DNA of 64,000 nt from Vicugna vicugna (Eukaryota): NCBI GenBank assembly GCA_013265495.1, contig MU058636.1, positions 1,488,001 through 1,552,000 on the forward strand, in the 5' to 3' direction. Within the stretch, counting starts at the first letter, position 1, and each line of letters begins with the position of its first letter. Positions 48,384 through 60,619 of this stretch are shown here, one piece after another. The notes under the pieces are model-generated. The model did not search any database and was not told where the DNA came from. It saw only the letters and a program-made list of their open reading frames with translations. The position numbers and the translations under genes were made by a program.

Positions 48384-49128
48384 CAGATCTTCCTCGACTT
48401 CCAATGGGGTTGTGAACCAGTAGACCCATTGTTAAGTTGAAACTATGGTTAAGTCGAAATTGCATTTAAAGTTTCTTCTGTATAGCACAGGGAACTATGT
48501 TCAATATCTTGTAATAACCTTTAATGAAAAAAATATGAAAACGAATATATGAATGTATATACATGATTGAGACATTGTGCTGTACACCAGAAACCTACAC
48601 ATTGTAACTGACTGTACTTCACTAAAAAAAAATAAATTAAAATTAAAGTTAAAACTAAAAGAATATTAAAATAAAAAAGAAAGAAAGAAAGGAAGTGCAT
48701 TTGATACCCCTAACCTACCGATCATCACAGTGTAGCCCAGCCTACCTTCAACGTGCTCAGATCACCTCCATTAGCCTACAGTTGGGCAAACCCATGTAAC
48801 ACAAAGCCTATTTTATACTAGTGTGTTGACTATCTCATGGTATGTGCTGAGTACCGTCCTGGAAATGGACAACAGAATGGCTGTCTGGGTCCAGGATGGG
48901 GGTCGGTGGGTCCATTCTTCCCCCTGGTGGCCATGGAGCCAAGGGTGAGCTCGGCTGCAGTTGCCACTGCCCAGTATAATGAGAGAGGACTGTCCTGCAC
49001 ATCACCAGCCCGGGCAAAGGCCAAAACTCTAGACTCCAAGTATGGTTTCTACTGAATGTGGATTGCTTTTGCATCAGTGTAAAGTCAAAAAGATCCTAAG
49101 TGCAAGTGTTATAATCGAGGACCGTCTA
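48384..49128. mobile_element. Tigger5/MER47-family DNA transposon split by an L1 insertion
   Basis: Termini TA|CAGATCTTCCTCGACTT... and ...CGAGGACCGTCT. Internal CCTACCTTCAACGTGCTCAGA and ATTAGCCTACAGTTGGGCAAA. Confidence 0.8.
48468..48690 (+). mobile_element. 5'-truncated camelid L1 3' end with TSD
   Basis: CTGTATAGCACAGGGAACTAT...CATTGTAACTGACTGTACTTCA plus A tail. TSD GAAATTGCATTT (48456-48467) / GGAAGTGCATTT (48691-48702). Confidence 0.9.
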
Positions 49129-49529
49129 TGTTTATGTCTGTGAAGGGTAAATGGATAAATTTGTGAACCGTGCTTGGCGTGTAGTCAGCTTTCAGTAACT
49201 CAGTTGCCACTTCACATAACCACAGAAACCAAAGAAAAAAATTTTTTTCAGGTTGAGATGCCACATTCCTGGAGTTTTCCAAATCTTTTACCGAATTTCA
49301 GTGTCAAGCTCACTACTTACATGTGCTGTCTCTGAATCCTGAAGTACATTTGAGACTTTCTGCTAAGACAGTGTAATGTCAGCGCCAAGAGCAGGAACTG
49401 AGAAGAGGCTGCCAAGGATGTTCTCCTGTTTAGACATTAAAGTGGAAAATTCTGGAAGCAAATAGCTCTGATACAAAGGCGGGGCTGAAATCAGCTAGTT
49501 TGACACAGGTAATCAAGAAGGCCAGTCTT

Positions 49530-49663
49530 GGGGGGAGAGTAGAGCTCAGTGGTAGAGCGTATGCCTAGCATGCATGAGGTTCCCTGTTCAGTCCCCAGGA
49601 TCTCTATTAAAAAAATTATAATAAATAAATAAACCTAATTACCTCCCTTCCAAAAAAACCCAA
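49530..49663 (+). mobile_element. Vic-1-type SINE with 16-bp TSD
   Basis: TSD CAAGAAGGCCAGTCTT (49514-49529) / CAAGAATGCCAATCTT (49664-49679). tRNA-like head and AAACCTAATTACCTCCC tail. Confidence 0.92.
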
Positions 49664-50494
49664 CAAGAATGCCAATCTTCTTCAAAGTCAAGGATAAGTC
49701 AAAACAGATTTAGCACAGTTCTCAACCTTGCAAAATCCTTACTTGGTAGGTCTTTAACTCCTGGCCCCTCTGGAGGTCCAGAGGTCCAGCAGAATGCAAT
49801 AGCATTACTTACACTGTAAACATCCCACCGGGCAAGGGCTGTCCTCATTTTCCTGTGTTGAAAGAATGTTGACCACTGCGGAGCACTCCCCATGGGGAGG
49901 ACAAGTGTAGAAAGAGGTGGAAAGCAATTCTTTCCCCTCTTTTCAGAATGTGCTGTGTGATCAGGATGCTAATGCGATGGATGCACTGAGGTGGTGTCTG
50001 TACCAGGCGGTGGACAGGGACAGTTGGGTGGGGCTTCTGGTTTCTGGTGTGTATTTTCCCATCTGCCAGTTTTGTGCAAATAAGTAGGCCCCTTAATCTC
50101 AGTTTTCTTCATCATTTGGACTGGGCCGAGAAGGACTGGCAGGGCTGGAGGGGCTGGGATCGGCAGGGGGGAGGGAGGGGGATGGGCGTTTTCAGACAGC
50201 CTGGCGGTGGGAAGGCCCAGGGCCACACCTGCGGTTAAAAAGCGAGAGAGAACCTGCTGATTAGTTCCCCGTGTTGAGGGAAACACACATAATATTGAGA
50301 GTGAACAAAAGCTTGAGTTCAGAGGAGCCACTAACAGGAGATAACTCACTCACAGAGCGATTTTTGATCATTTTCAGGGATGAGCAAGGGGAGCCGTATC
50401 TCTTGGTGTCTACCCAGAACTGCGTCATCACCTGCTGAGCCCAATGTGTCAGCCGCTTCATATGCAGTCTCTAAAGCTTGCAGATAGCTAGCGA

Positions 50495-50615
50495 AGCAAG
50501 TATTATTCTCACCTTGCAGATGAGAAACTGAGACTCAAGGGTAAATGAACTGTCCCCGGGTTTCTAGGGTAGTAAGTGGCAGGAGCAGATCTAGGCATAT
50601 CCGGTTCCATGCTGT
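50495..50615 (-). mobile_element. MIR SINE
   Basis: TTGCAGATGAGAAACTGAGACTCAAGGGTAAATGAACTGTCC. Confidence 0.8.
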
Positions 50616-51689
50616 GTGCGGAGCGCTGGCCTCCCTCTGAGCGTCACGTGTGGACCAGCAGCTGTCCGTGCTCCTGTTACAGAGCAGGAGAAAAGGAGTG
50701 GGGGTCCGGCAAGCGTGCAGGAGCCCACAGCCCACCATGTGGGCACAGTCGTCCTAGGGTGGGAGATCACCAGCGAAGGTGATGGAAGCTTCCAGTAGTC
50801 ATTAAACAGTGGGCACACAGGTGGGCCAACCTGCAACAGCCACCCCGTGTTCAGCCTGTTCTGCCCACCTAGAGAGGCCTAACCTGACCACCTCTCCCAC
50901 CCAGGTCCTTTCCATCACATGTTCCCGGTTTACCTGGCTTTGTTTTCTTCATAGCACTTACCGCTGTCTAAAATTTTATTATTTCTTCATTTTGTTGTTC
51001 ACTCTTCTTTTTAGGATGTAAGCTCAGGAGATCGCTTTGACTTGGTAACTGATGTTCTGAGCACAGTACCTGGAATGCAGTAGATGCTAAATAAACATTT
51101 GGCGAGAAGTTAAATCAGTAAGCATTTTCGTGTATTTTACCCGACTAATATTCATTTAAATACTAAAAGTAACAAATGAAGAGACTCCCCCTCTCCCCGG
51201 CTTCTGCCACCCCCAAATTTCCACACTCTAGCTGGGAAGACGGACAGGGACAAACTAGACTGAAAAAGCAATGTCTTAGGCGTAGAAATGAAGAAGCAAG
51301 GTCCCTGACATGGAAGCGTTCACGTAGGGCTTAGATCACCACTTGGTAGACGTGATTCCTGCAGCAGCAGCATGGGTACGGGCCTTCCGATGCTGAGATT
51401 CTGCGCTCTGGGCGTCAGTGGGGGCGGGGAGACTTAGAGCCTGTGGGGACTTGGTTGACACAAGGACATCATATTCTTTGGAATGACTATGGATGAGATT
51501 GAAACCATGGAGCATCATTAGTTAAATCCATTTCACCTGTAACCTGCCTTTGCATCAAGGTTAATTGTTGAGTCAAAAGACTCAAGTGACCTCTGCGCCC
51601 CAAGCAGCCTAAACAATCAGATGTTGCCCGGGAGTTGGCGTCAGCTGTGTCTAGTTAAGCGGAACCATTTAAGGCAGGACTGGACCGCT

Positions 51690-52840
51690 GGCCCTCCCAC
51701 TGGGCATGCGCGTGTGTTGCTCTTTGACCTTTTGACGTCTGAGGGCCGAAAACTCCACGCTCACCTGGGGCCCCGCGCCCGCCCGCAGAGGCCGGAGCCC
51801 AGTTACGCCTGCGCAGAGCCGCGGCGCCGCCCCTTCTTCCAGTCCCTTCCGCGCGCCTCACGCCTGGGGCCGCGCGTCCTGACGCCCCGGCTCCCGGGGA
51901 GCGGGGCTGAGGCTCGTCTGCTGGCCCTGAGCTGGGCCTACAGCGAAGCGCTCTCCCTGCTGCAAGCCTCCTCCCCGTGCTGTGGCTGCTGCCCGTCCGG
52001 CAAATGGCAGATGGTCCTGGTTCGTGGAGAAACGAGGTGAGATACGAACTCGTCTTCCTTAAGCGTTTGCTAAGTATCCACAAGATAAGCTTCGCTGCGG
52101 TGAGCACCCACCGCTCTCCACCGGCTGGGGCTCCAGGACCCGGCGTCCCGCCCCGGCCGTGGTGGTGGTGGTAGGGGTTGGGGTGGCAGAACCAGGCTCC
52201 TGTCCCGCGGAGGGAGGAAGCGGGCCTAGGAAGGGCGCGAATCTGCAGAACCGCCCTGGGAGCGGGTCGTGGTCATGGTGTTTGTGACTCCACACATCCC
52301 AGGACCTAAGACATCCTTGGATGGGTTCTGAGTGGTGGGTGACTGAGGGCTTTTTCATAGAATGTAGGCGACGTAAAGGAAAACTATTTTTACCAGCTGA
52401 TTCCACCCTCAGAACTCGACGCTGGATAATTGTTGCTTCTTTTCTAAGCGATAGGTCTTTCTAGACTTCTCTAGAACTAGTGGTCTGTCTGCGGGCAATC
52501 CAAGGAAGGCCGTGGGATTCACTCTTAAACTGAAAACACTTGAGGATGCAAGGTGAGGGCTGATAGAAGTTTGTGAAATAGCCCAAGTGCAAGGCGTTAC
52601 TTGCAGGTGAGTGCGTTAACGGAGCTCACTCAGGTCAGGTGGACACGTCTCGGTGCTCCGCGGGCAGCGCCGGGGGTGCAGCCGCCTCCCCTGGCGGGCG
52701 CGTGGTGACAGGCCTCCCGGGGCGGGTCCTCTACTCCTGTGTTGATGGAGTGTCCGCATCTCTTATCAGCAGTTTGCGGACAGCGGACGCCGAGTTTCTG
52801 AACATCGCCTCTGGAGAGCTTCCGTGTTGCCATGGAAACT
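51690..52840. promoter_or_regulatory. Orphan CpG island (two CpG-dense lobes) with NRF1-like and RFX motifs
   Basis: High CpG at 51.7-52.3 kb and 52.6-52.83 kb. Contains GCATGCGCG, CGCCTGCGCA and the plus-strand donor GAG|gtgaga (~52036). Confidence 0.7.
52826..52839. promoter_or_regulatory. RFX X-box
   Basis: GTTGCCATGGAAAC matches the canonical X-box GTTGCCATGG(C/A)AAC. Confidence 0.7.
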
Positions 52841-53151
52841 AATTGGTAGCGTAGTTAAATGGCATGGATTTACACTGTAAAATGGCAAAAGAGCTTTCTA
52901 ATAAGGACCCCGAGGTGTTGAAACCTTCCCTAAAGCAGGCAGAGGAACTAAAGGGAAAAAGCTCACTTCCTGAGTTCCCAGCCAGTGACCAGGCATCAGG
53001 TCATCAGGCCAGTGGAATCTTGGTACGGCTCCGTTTATCACCAAGTGGGGACAAATGGAGGGGAATCTGGATTATGAAAGAGGAAGTTATAAAGCAGTGA
53101 TCCAGAGCCCGTTTATGTCTCGTGCACATAGTAGGTGCTGGATAAATTCTT

Positions 53152-56100
53152 TTTTTTTAAATTTAATTAAATTTTTATTTTTAATTAAAAATTTAACATT
53201 TTATTTTATTTTTAACATTTTTTCTTGATTTATAATCATTTTACAATGTTGTGTCAAATTCCAGTGTAGAGCACAATTTTTCAGTTATGCATGAACATAT
53301 ATATATTCATTGTCACATTTTTTTCTCTGTGAGCTACTGTAAGATCTTGTATATATTTCCCTGTGCTATATACAGTGTACTCTTGTTTACCTATTCTACA
53401 ATTTTGAAATCCCAGTCTCTCTTCCCACCCCCCCCCCCCTGGCAACCACAAGTTTGTATTGTATGTCTGTGAGTCTATTTCTGTTTTGTTTTTATGCTTT
53501 GTTTGTTTATTTGTATTTATGCTTTGTTTGTTTTTTAGATTCCACATATGAGCGATCTCATATGGTATTTTTCTTTCTCTTTCTGGCTTACTTCACTTAG
53601 AATGACATTCTCCAGGAGCATCTATGTTGCTGCAAATGGCATTATTTCATTCTTTTTTTATGGCTGAGTAGTATTCCGTTGTATGTATATACCACATCTT
53701 CTTTATCCAGTCATCTGTTGATGGACATTTAGGTTGTTTCCATGTCTTGGCTATTGTAAATAATGCTGCTATGAACACTGGAGTGCATGTTATCTTTTCA
53801 AATTAAGAGTTCCCTCTGGATATATACCCAGAAGTGGGATTGCTGGATCACATGGTAAGTCTGTTTTTAGTTTTTTGAGGAATCTCCATAGTGTTTTCTA
53901 TAGTGGCTGCACCAGTGTACATTCTCACCAACAGTGTAGGAGGGTTCCTTTTTCTCCACACCCTCTCCAGCTTTTATCGTTTGTAGACTTTTTAATGATG
54001 GCCATTCTGGCTGGTGTGAAGTGATACCTTATTGTAGGTTTGATTTGCATTTCTCTAAAAATTAGTGATGTTGAACATCTTTTCATGTGCTTGTTGGCTG
54101 TCTGTCTTTGGAGAGATGTCTGTTTAGGTATTCTGCCCATTTTTTGACTGGGTTGCTTGTCTTTTGATATTAAGGTGTATGAGCTGTTTGTGTATTTTGG
54201 AAATTAATCCCTTGTTGGTCGCATCATTTGCAAATATTTTCTCCCATTCTGTAGGTTGTCTTTTCATTTTGTTGATGATACCCTTAGCTGTGGAATTATC
54301 CTTAGTTTTATAGTATCTGGTCTTACATTTAAGTCTTTAATCCATTTTTGAGTTTATTTTTGTATATGGTGTTAGAGAATGTTCTAATGTCATTCTTACA
54401 GGTAGCTGTCCAGTTTTCCCAGCGCCTCTTACTGAAGAGACTGTCTTTTCTCCATTGTATATTCTTGCCTCCTTTGTTGTAGATTAATTGACCATAAGTG
54501 TGTGGTCAAAAATGGACTTTTATCCTGGCCCGTTGATCTGTGTGTCTGTTTTTGTGCCAGTATCACACTGTTTTGATTACTTTGTAGTATAGTCTGAAGT
54601 CAGGGAGCATAATTCCCCCAGCTGTATCCATCTTTTTCAAGATTGTTTTGGCTGTTTGGGGTCTTTTGTGCTTCCACACAAATTTTTAACATTTTTTGTT
54701 CCAGCTCTGAAAATGTCGTTGGTAATTTGATAGGGATTGCATTGAAGCTGTAGATTGCCTTGGGCAGTATGACCATTTTAACAATATTGATTCTAATCCA
54801 AGAGCATGGTTTATCTTTCCATCTGTTTATGTCGTCTTCAGTTTCTCTCATCAGGGTTTTATAGTTTCTGGAGCACAGGTCTTTTGCCTCCTTGGGTAGG
54901 TTTATTCGTAGGTATTTTATTCTTTTTGGTGTTTTGGTGAAACAGTACCCAAATGGTACTGTTTCATTAATTCTTTTTCTGCTTTTTCATTATTAGTGTA
55001 TAGAAATGCAACTGATTTCTGTATATTAACTTTGTACCCTGCAACTTTACCAAATTCGTTGATGAGTTCTAGTAGTTTTCTGGTTGCTTCTTTAGGGTTT
55101 TCTATGTATAGTATCATGTCATCTGCAAACAGTGACCATTTTACCTCTTCATTTCCATTTAGATTCCTTTTATTTTTCTCCTCTGGTTGCTATGGCTAGG
55201 ACTTCCAAAACTGGGTTGAATAAAAGTGGTGAGAGGGGACATCCTTGTCTTGTTCCTCACCTTAGAGGAAGCGCTTTCCGCTTTTCCCTGTTAAGTATGG
55301 TGTTAGCCGTGGGTTTGTCATATGTGGCCTTTACTATGTTGAGGTATGTTCCGTCTATGCCCATTTTCTGGTTTTTTTTTTTTTGATCATAAATGGATGT
55401 TGAATTTTATCAAAATTTTTTCTGCATCTATTGAGATGATCATATGGTTTTTATTCTTCAGTTTGTTAATGTGGTGCATCACATTGATTGACTTGTGGAT
55501 ATTGAAAAACCCCTGCATCCGTGGGATGAACCCCACTTGCTCATGGTGCGTGGCCCTTTCAGTGCATTGTTGGAGTGGATTTGCTAGTGTTTTGTTGAGG
55601 ATTTCGCATCTGTATTCATAAAAGATACTGACCTGTGATTTTCCTTCTTCATGATGTCTTTGTCTGGTTTTGGCGTCAGGCTGGTAATGGCCTCATAGAG
55701 CGAGTCTGGAAGGGCTCCTTCCTCTGCAGTTTTCTGGACTAGCTGCAGAGGGATGGGTGTTAGCTCTTCTCCAGATGCTTGTTGAATCCACCTGTGAAGC
55801 CGTCTGGTCCAGGACTCTTGTTGGGGCTTTAATTCCTGGTTCACTTTCAGCGCTGGTAACCGGCCTGCTCACACCGTCTGCTGCTTCCTGGTCCAGTCAT
55901 GGCGGGTTGTACCTTTCTAAGGAATTGCCCATTTCTTGTTCGCTGTCCTCTTGTTAGTGTGCAGTTGCTCATAGTAGCCTTTTATGACCCCTTCTGTTTC
56001 TGTGGTGTCACCTGTAACTTCTCCTTTTTCATTTCTAATTTTATTAATTTGGGCCCTCTCCCTTTTTTTCTTGATTAATGTGACTAAAGGTTTATCAATT

Positions 56101-58953
56101 TTATCTTTTCAAAGAACCAGCTTTTAGTTTCATTTATCTTTTCTATTGTTTTTTAGTCTGTGTTTCATTTATTTCTGCTCTAATCTTTGTGATTTCTTTT
56201 CTTCTACTAACTTGGGGGTTTGTTTGTTCTTCTTTCTCCAGCTGCTTTAGGTGTAAGGTTAGGTTGTTAACTTGAGATTTGTCTTATTTCCTGAGGTGGG
56301 CTTCTGTCACGTAAACTTCCCTCTGAGAACTGCTTTTGCTGCATCCCAGAGGTTTTAGATCGTTGTGTTTTCGTTTTCATTTGTCTCAAAGTATTTTTTG
56401 ATTTCCTCTTTGATATCTTCAGTGATCCACTGGTTGTTCAGTAGCATAATGTTCAGCCTCCACGTGTTCGCAGTTTTTTCCTTGTAGTTGACTTCTGACG
56501 TTGTAGTGCTGTGGTCGGATAAGATGCTTGGCATGATTTCAGTTTTCTTAAGTTCACTGAGGCTAGCTTTGTGGGCCAACGTGTGGTCGATTCTGGAGAC
56601 TGTTCCACGTGCACCCGAGAAGAATGTGTGTTCTGTCATTTTCTGATGGAATGCTCCATAGAGATCAACTAAGTCCATCTGGTGTAATGTGTCATTTAGG
56701 GTCTGCATTTCCTTACTGATTTTCTGTCTGGGTGATCTGTCCGTTGATGTAAGTGGGGAGTTAAGGGCCCCCACTATTGTGTTATTGCCCATTTCTCCTT
56801 TTATGTCTGTTAACAACTGCCTTACACAGTGAGGTGCTCCTCTGGTGGTGCGTATATTTACCATTGTTACCTCCTCTTCTTGGATTGGTCCCTTGAGCAT
56901 TATGTAGTGTCCCTCTTTGTCTCTTTTAACAATGTTCACTCTAAAATCTATTTTGTCTAATATAAGTATTGCTATTCCAGCTTTCCTTTGGTTTCCATCT
57001 GCATGGAATATCTTTTTCCATCCCCTTACTTTCAGCCTGCAGAGTCTCTAGCTCTGAAGTGGGTCTCTTGTAGACAGCATATATATGGGTCTTGTTTTTG
57101 TATCCATTCAGCCAGTCTGTGTCTTTTGGTTGGAGCATTTAATCCGTTTACATTTAAAGTAATTATCAATTCATATGTTCTTATTGCCTTTTTGTTAATT
57201 GTTTTGGGTTTGTTTTTGTAGGTCTTTATTATTTTTCTCTTTTCTTGTGGTTTCATGGCTATAGAAGTTACTTTAACATTTGTTGTAAAGCTAATTTGGT
57301 GGTGCTGAATTCTTCTAGCTTTTGTTTATCTGTGAAGTTTTTGATTTCTCCATCAAATCTGAATGAGAGCCTAGCTGGATAGAGTATTCTTTTTTTTATT
57401 AAAAAACTTTTTGAAATAGACTTCATTCTTTTAGAGCAGCTTCAGGTTCACAGCACAATTGAGCAGAGAATACAGAGAGTTCGCACATAGCCCTCCCCAC
57501 TCACACATAAATACTCCCCTACCCTCAGCGTCCCTCATCAGTTGGGCATATTTGGTACAAGTGATGAACCAACATGGGCACATTATTATCAGCCAGAGCT
57601 GGGCAGAGTATTTTTGGTTAAGTTTTCCCCTTTCATCACTTGAAATATATCGTGCCACTCCCTTCTGGCCTGTAGAGTTTCTGCTGAAAAACCAGCTGAT
57701 AACATTATGGGAGTTTCCTTGAGTGTCATTTGTTGCTTTTCTCATGCTGATTTTAATATTTTCTCCTTATCCTTAAACTTTGTCGGTTTGCTTACTACAT
57801 GCTTTGGTGTGTTCCTCTCTGGGTTGGTCCTATGTGGAACTCTCTGTGCTTCCTGGACGTGGGTGACTGTGTCCTTTCCTAAGTTAGGGAAGTTTTCAGT
57901 TACTGTCTCTTCAAAAATTTTCTCAGGTCCTTTCTCCTCTTTCTGGCACCCCTATAATGCAAACATTAGTGCACTTCATGTCATCCCAGAGTTTTCGTAA
58001 ACTATGCTCATTTCATTTTTTTTTCTTGTTCTGCAGTAGTGATTTCTCCAATCTGTTTTCTAGCTCTGATCCGTTCTTCCGCCTCATTTAATCTACTCTT
58101 GGTTCCTTCTAGTGTGTTATGTATTTCAGTGATTTTAGTCTTCAGCTCTCGGTATTCTCTGTATTTTCCATCTCTTTGCTAAAATCTTCACTCTGTGCAT
58201 CTATACTCCTCTTGAGTTCTCTGAACATCTTCACCACCATTAGCCTACACTCTTTCTCGGATAGATTGCCTGTCTCCTCATCACTGATTTCTTCTGGGAT
58301 TTTACCCTGTGCCTTGGCCTCGGACATACTCCCCTGCCGCCTCATGTTGTTTATCTTCCTACTTGTATTTTCAGGTGGGTTAGTTATGTGTCTCCCTCTG
58401 TGGGAGACGTTCTGTGCGTCCCAGCAGTGCACTCCTCTCTTGCCACCCCAGGGCCAGGGTCCAGCTGGTCCCAGTGTGGTCTGGCTTGTGTGTGGACTCC
58501 TTCCACAGGCTTTGGAATGTTTTCTTATTTTTAGTATCTGACCCCTGGTGGATGAGGCTGGACCAGAGGCTTATGCAGGTGTCCTGGCAGGAGGAGCCAG
58601 TGCCTGCCCGCTGCTGGGTGAAGCTTGGTCCTGGACCTCTGGTGGGTGGGGCCGTGTCGAGGGGCATTCTGAGGCTCAGGAAGTCTGCTGATGGGTGGGA
58701 CCTTGTTCCCACCCAGGATGTTGTTTGGTCTGAGGCGGGGCAGTCCCTCCAAGAAGACTGCTCAGAAGAAAACAGGAGCTTCTTCAAAAGAAACGCCTTC
58801 CTGGTGTAGTTCCCTCTCTCTGGTTCCAGTTGAAGGAGATCTTTTTTGCTGGGTTCCAGTCTTTTCTTTCAGTGGTCGTTTAGCAGTCAGCTGTGGTTTC
58901 GTTGTAGTTGCGAGGAGAGGCGAGCTCGTGGTCCTGCTACTCTGCCATCTCGT
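53152..58953 (-). mobile_element. Full-length, inactivated LINE-1 (5' UTR, ORF1, ORF2 EN/RT, 3' UTR, A-rich tail) with TSD
   Basis: TSD ATAAATTCTT at 53142-53151 and 58954-58963. The 5' end reads GAGATGGCAGAGTAG (YY1-like L1 start). ORF1: MRRQGSMSE..ECRLMVVKMFRELK. Endonuclease: ITLNVNGLNAPTKRHRLAEWIQKQDPYICCLQETH and [44 protein letters not shown]. Many stops and frameshifts. Inserted in an L2 3' terminus. Confidence 0.95.
57391..57596 (-). mobile_element. L1MC-type 3' end nested within ORF1 of the full-length L1
   Basis: Poly-T, then TTAGAGCAGCTTCAGGTTCACAGCACAATTGAGCAGAGAATACAGAGAGTTC...GATGAACCAACAT. TSD AGCTGGATAGAGTATT (57373-57388) / AGCTGGGCAGAGTATT (57597-57612). Confidence 0.85.
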
Positions 58954-59771
58954 ATAAATTCTTATTTAAATGACCACGGGGAAAGAACCACGTGAAGCAC
59001 TTGAGTGTGCTTGGGTATTCAAGTGCTTAAGGCAGCTTAAACAGTCCCCTTCACCCTGTAGCTTGAACGCCCCACTCTGTTTTTAATACGTTGATTTAAC
59101 TTGGCACTTTAAGAATAGTTAACTTCAACTTTTAACTTTGATACTGCAAGTCAGTAAGTCTGAACTAATGGGGTTTTTACTCTACGGCACCCTGGGAGCT
59201 CCATGTGTGATAAACGGGGTGATGCAGCCTTAGAAGCTGAAATCCAGATTTGTTACCTTTAAATTTAGTTTTAATCATTTATCTGATTAAAGTCTAATAT
59301 TTGAGAAATCGTGAACAGTCCACGTCAGTACACGAGAGAATGGACGCCAGGAAGCTGCAGCCCCTCTGGTCCCACAGAGAGAAGAGTGCGCAGCCCTGAG
59401 GGAGGGGGCGCCTCTGTCTGAAAACCAGCCCACGAGGCCCAGTAGCCTGAGAGACCGAACCCTCTGAACCTGCCTCCCACGTTCTCCTGTGAGAACCTGT
59501 CTCTGGATTTAAACACAAATTGCATTTGCTCTAGACAATTGGTGACAGTGATCTCTGCTGGACTGCCTTTTTCCCCTCCTGGAAAATGAAAAACTGGTTC
59601 AGTGACTCCAGACAGCTTGGAAACTGGCAACAGGATGGTGGCGATGTCACTGTGTCCCCAGCTTTTATGAAATCTCCCCTTGGATCTAGGCTGCAGCTCC
59701 AGCTCCAGCTCCCAGGCTGTCTAGGTCAGTGTGTTGCCTTTAATTCCCACTCTGGCCCGTTTCCCATGTGT

Positions 59772-60470
59772 TTTTAAAGGTATAATTGTTATACAGCAGA
59801 TGAGCGTCAGCTGTACAATGAGACTTGCTACCTGCATACATTGCCAAATGGTCACAGTGAGTCTTGTTAACATAGTGACCATAGTTACAGTAAATTTTCT
59901 TGCGATGAGAACTTTTTAACATGCAGGTACTGGGGATGGAATCCAGGACCTGGTGCACGCTGAGCACACACTGTGGTGCTCTACCACTGAGCTCTGCCCT
60001 GTGATGACAACTTCCGGGATCGACTCTCTCAGTGACTTACAGATACGCAGTCCAGGATTAACCGTAGTCACCACGCGATACACTGCATCCTCATGACTCA
60101 GTTGTAACTGGAAGTTTGTACCTTTTGATCCCCTTCACCGATTTCTCCCATACCCACCCCTGCTTCTGGCAACACCAATTTTTTTTTAAAGATTCCACAT
60201 AATGATAAGGGGTTTTCTTTGACTTATCTCACTCAGCTTAATGCCCTCATGGTCCGTCCATGTTGTCCCATATGGCAAGACTTCATCCTTATGGCTAAAC
60301 AGTATCCCACTGTGTAGATACACCACATCTTTCCCACTGTGTGGATACACCACATCTTCTTTCCCACTGTGTGGATACACCACATCTTCGTCATCATCCA
60401 TCGATGGACACTCAGGTTGTCTCCGTATCTTGGCTACTGTGAATAATGCTGCAGTGAACGTGGGTGGGGG
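59772..60470 (-). mobile_element. L1 3' fragment with a nested Vic-1 SINE and a 27-30-bp tandem triplication
   Basis: L1 3' UTR motifs. The unit CCCACTGTGT(A/G)GATACACCACATCTT occurs three times at ~60306-60388. Confidence 0.85.
59915..59999 (-). mobile_element. Vic-1-type SINE with TSD
   Basis: GGTACTGGGGATGGAATCCAGGACC...GCTCTACCACTGAGCTCTGCCC. TSD TGCGATGAGAACTT (59901-59914) / TGTGATGACAACTT (60000-60013). Confidence 0.88.
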
Positions 60471-60619
60471 GCACGCTTATAACTTTACCCCACATATTCT
60501 TCGTGGGATAGCATTATAAAAAGAACCACTGCAACCTGGCGTCAGTTTTTCTGTATTTCACATGGTTCAGAAACTAAATCTAAACAAATCTCGACTGTTT
60601 AAAACAATGATAATGATGA

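Noticed and set aside
56355..57256. Endonuclease-like ORFs as an independent gene
   Set aside because: These are frameshifted fragments of L1 ORF2.
60306..60388. CRISPR-like repeat array
   Set aside because: The units are directly adjacent with no spacers, derive from L1 sequence, and the DNA is mammalian with no cas genes.
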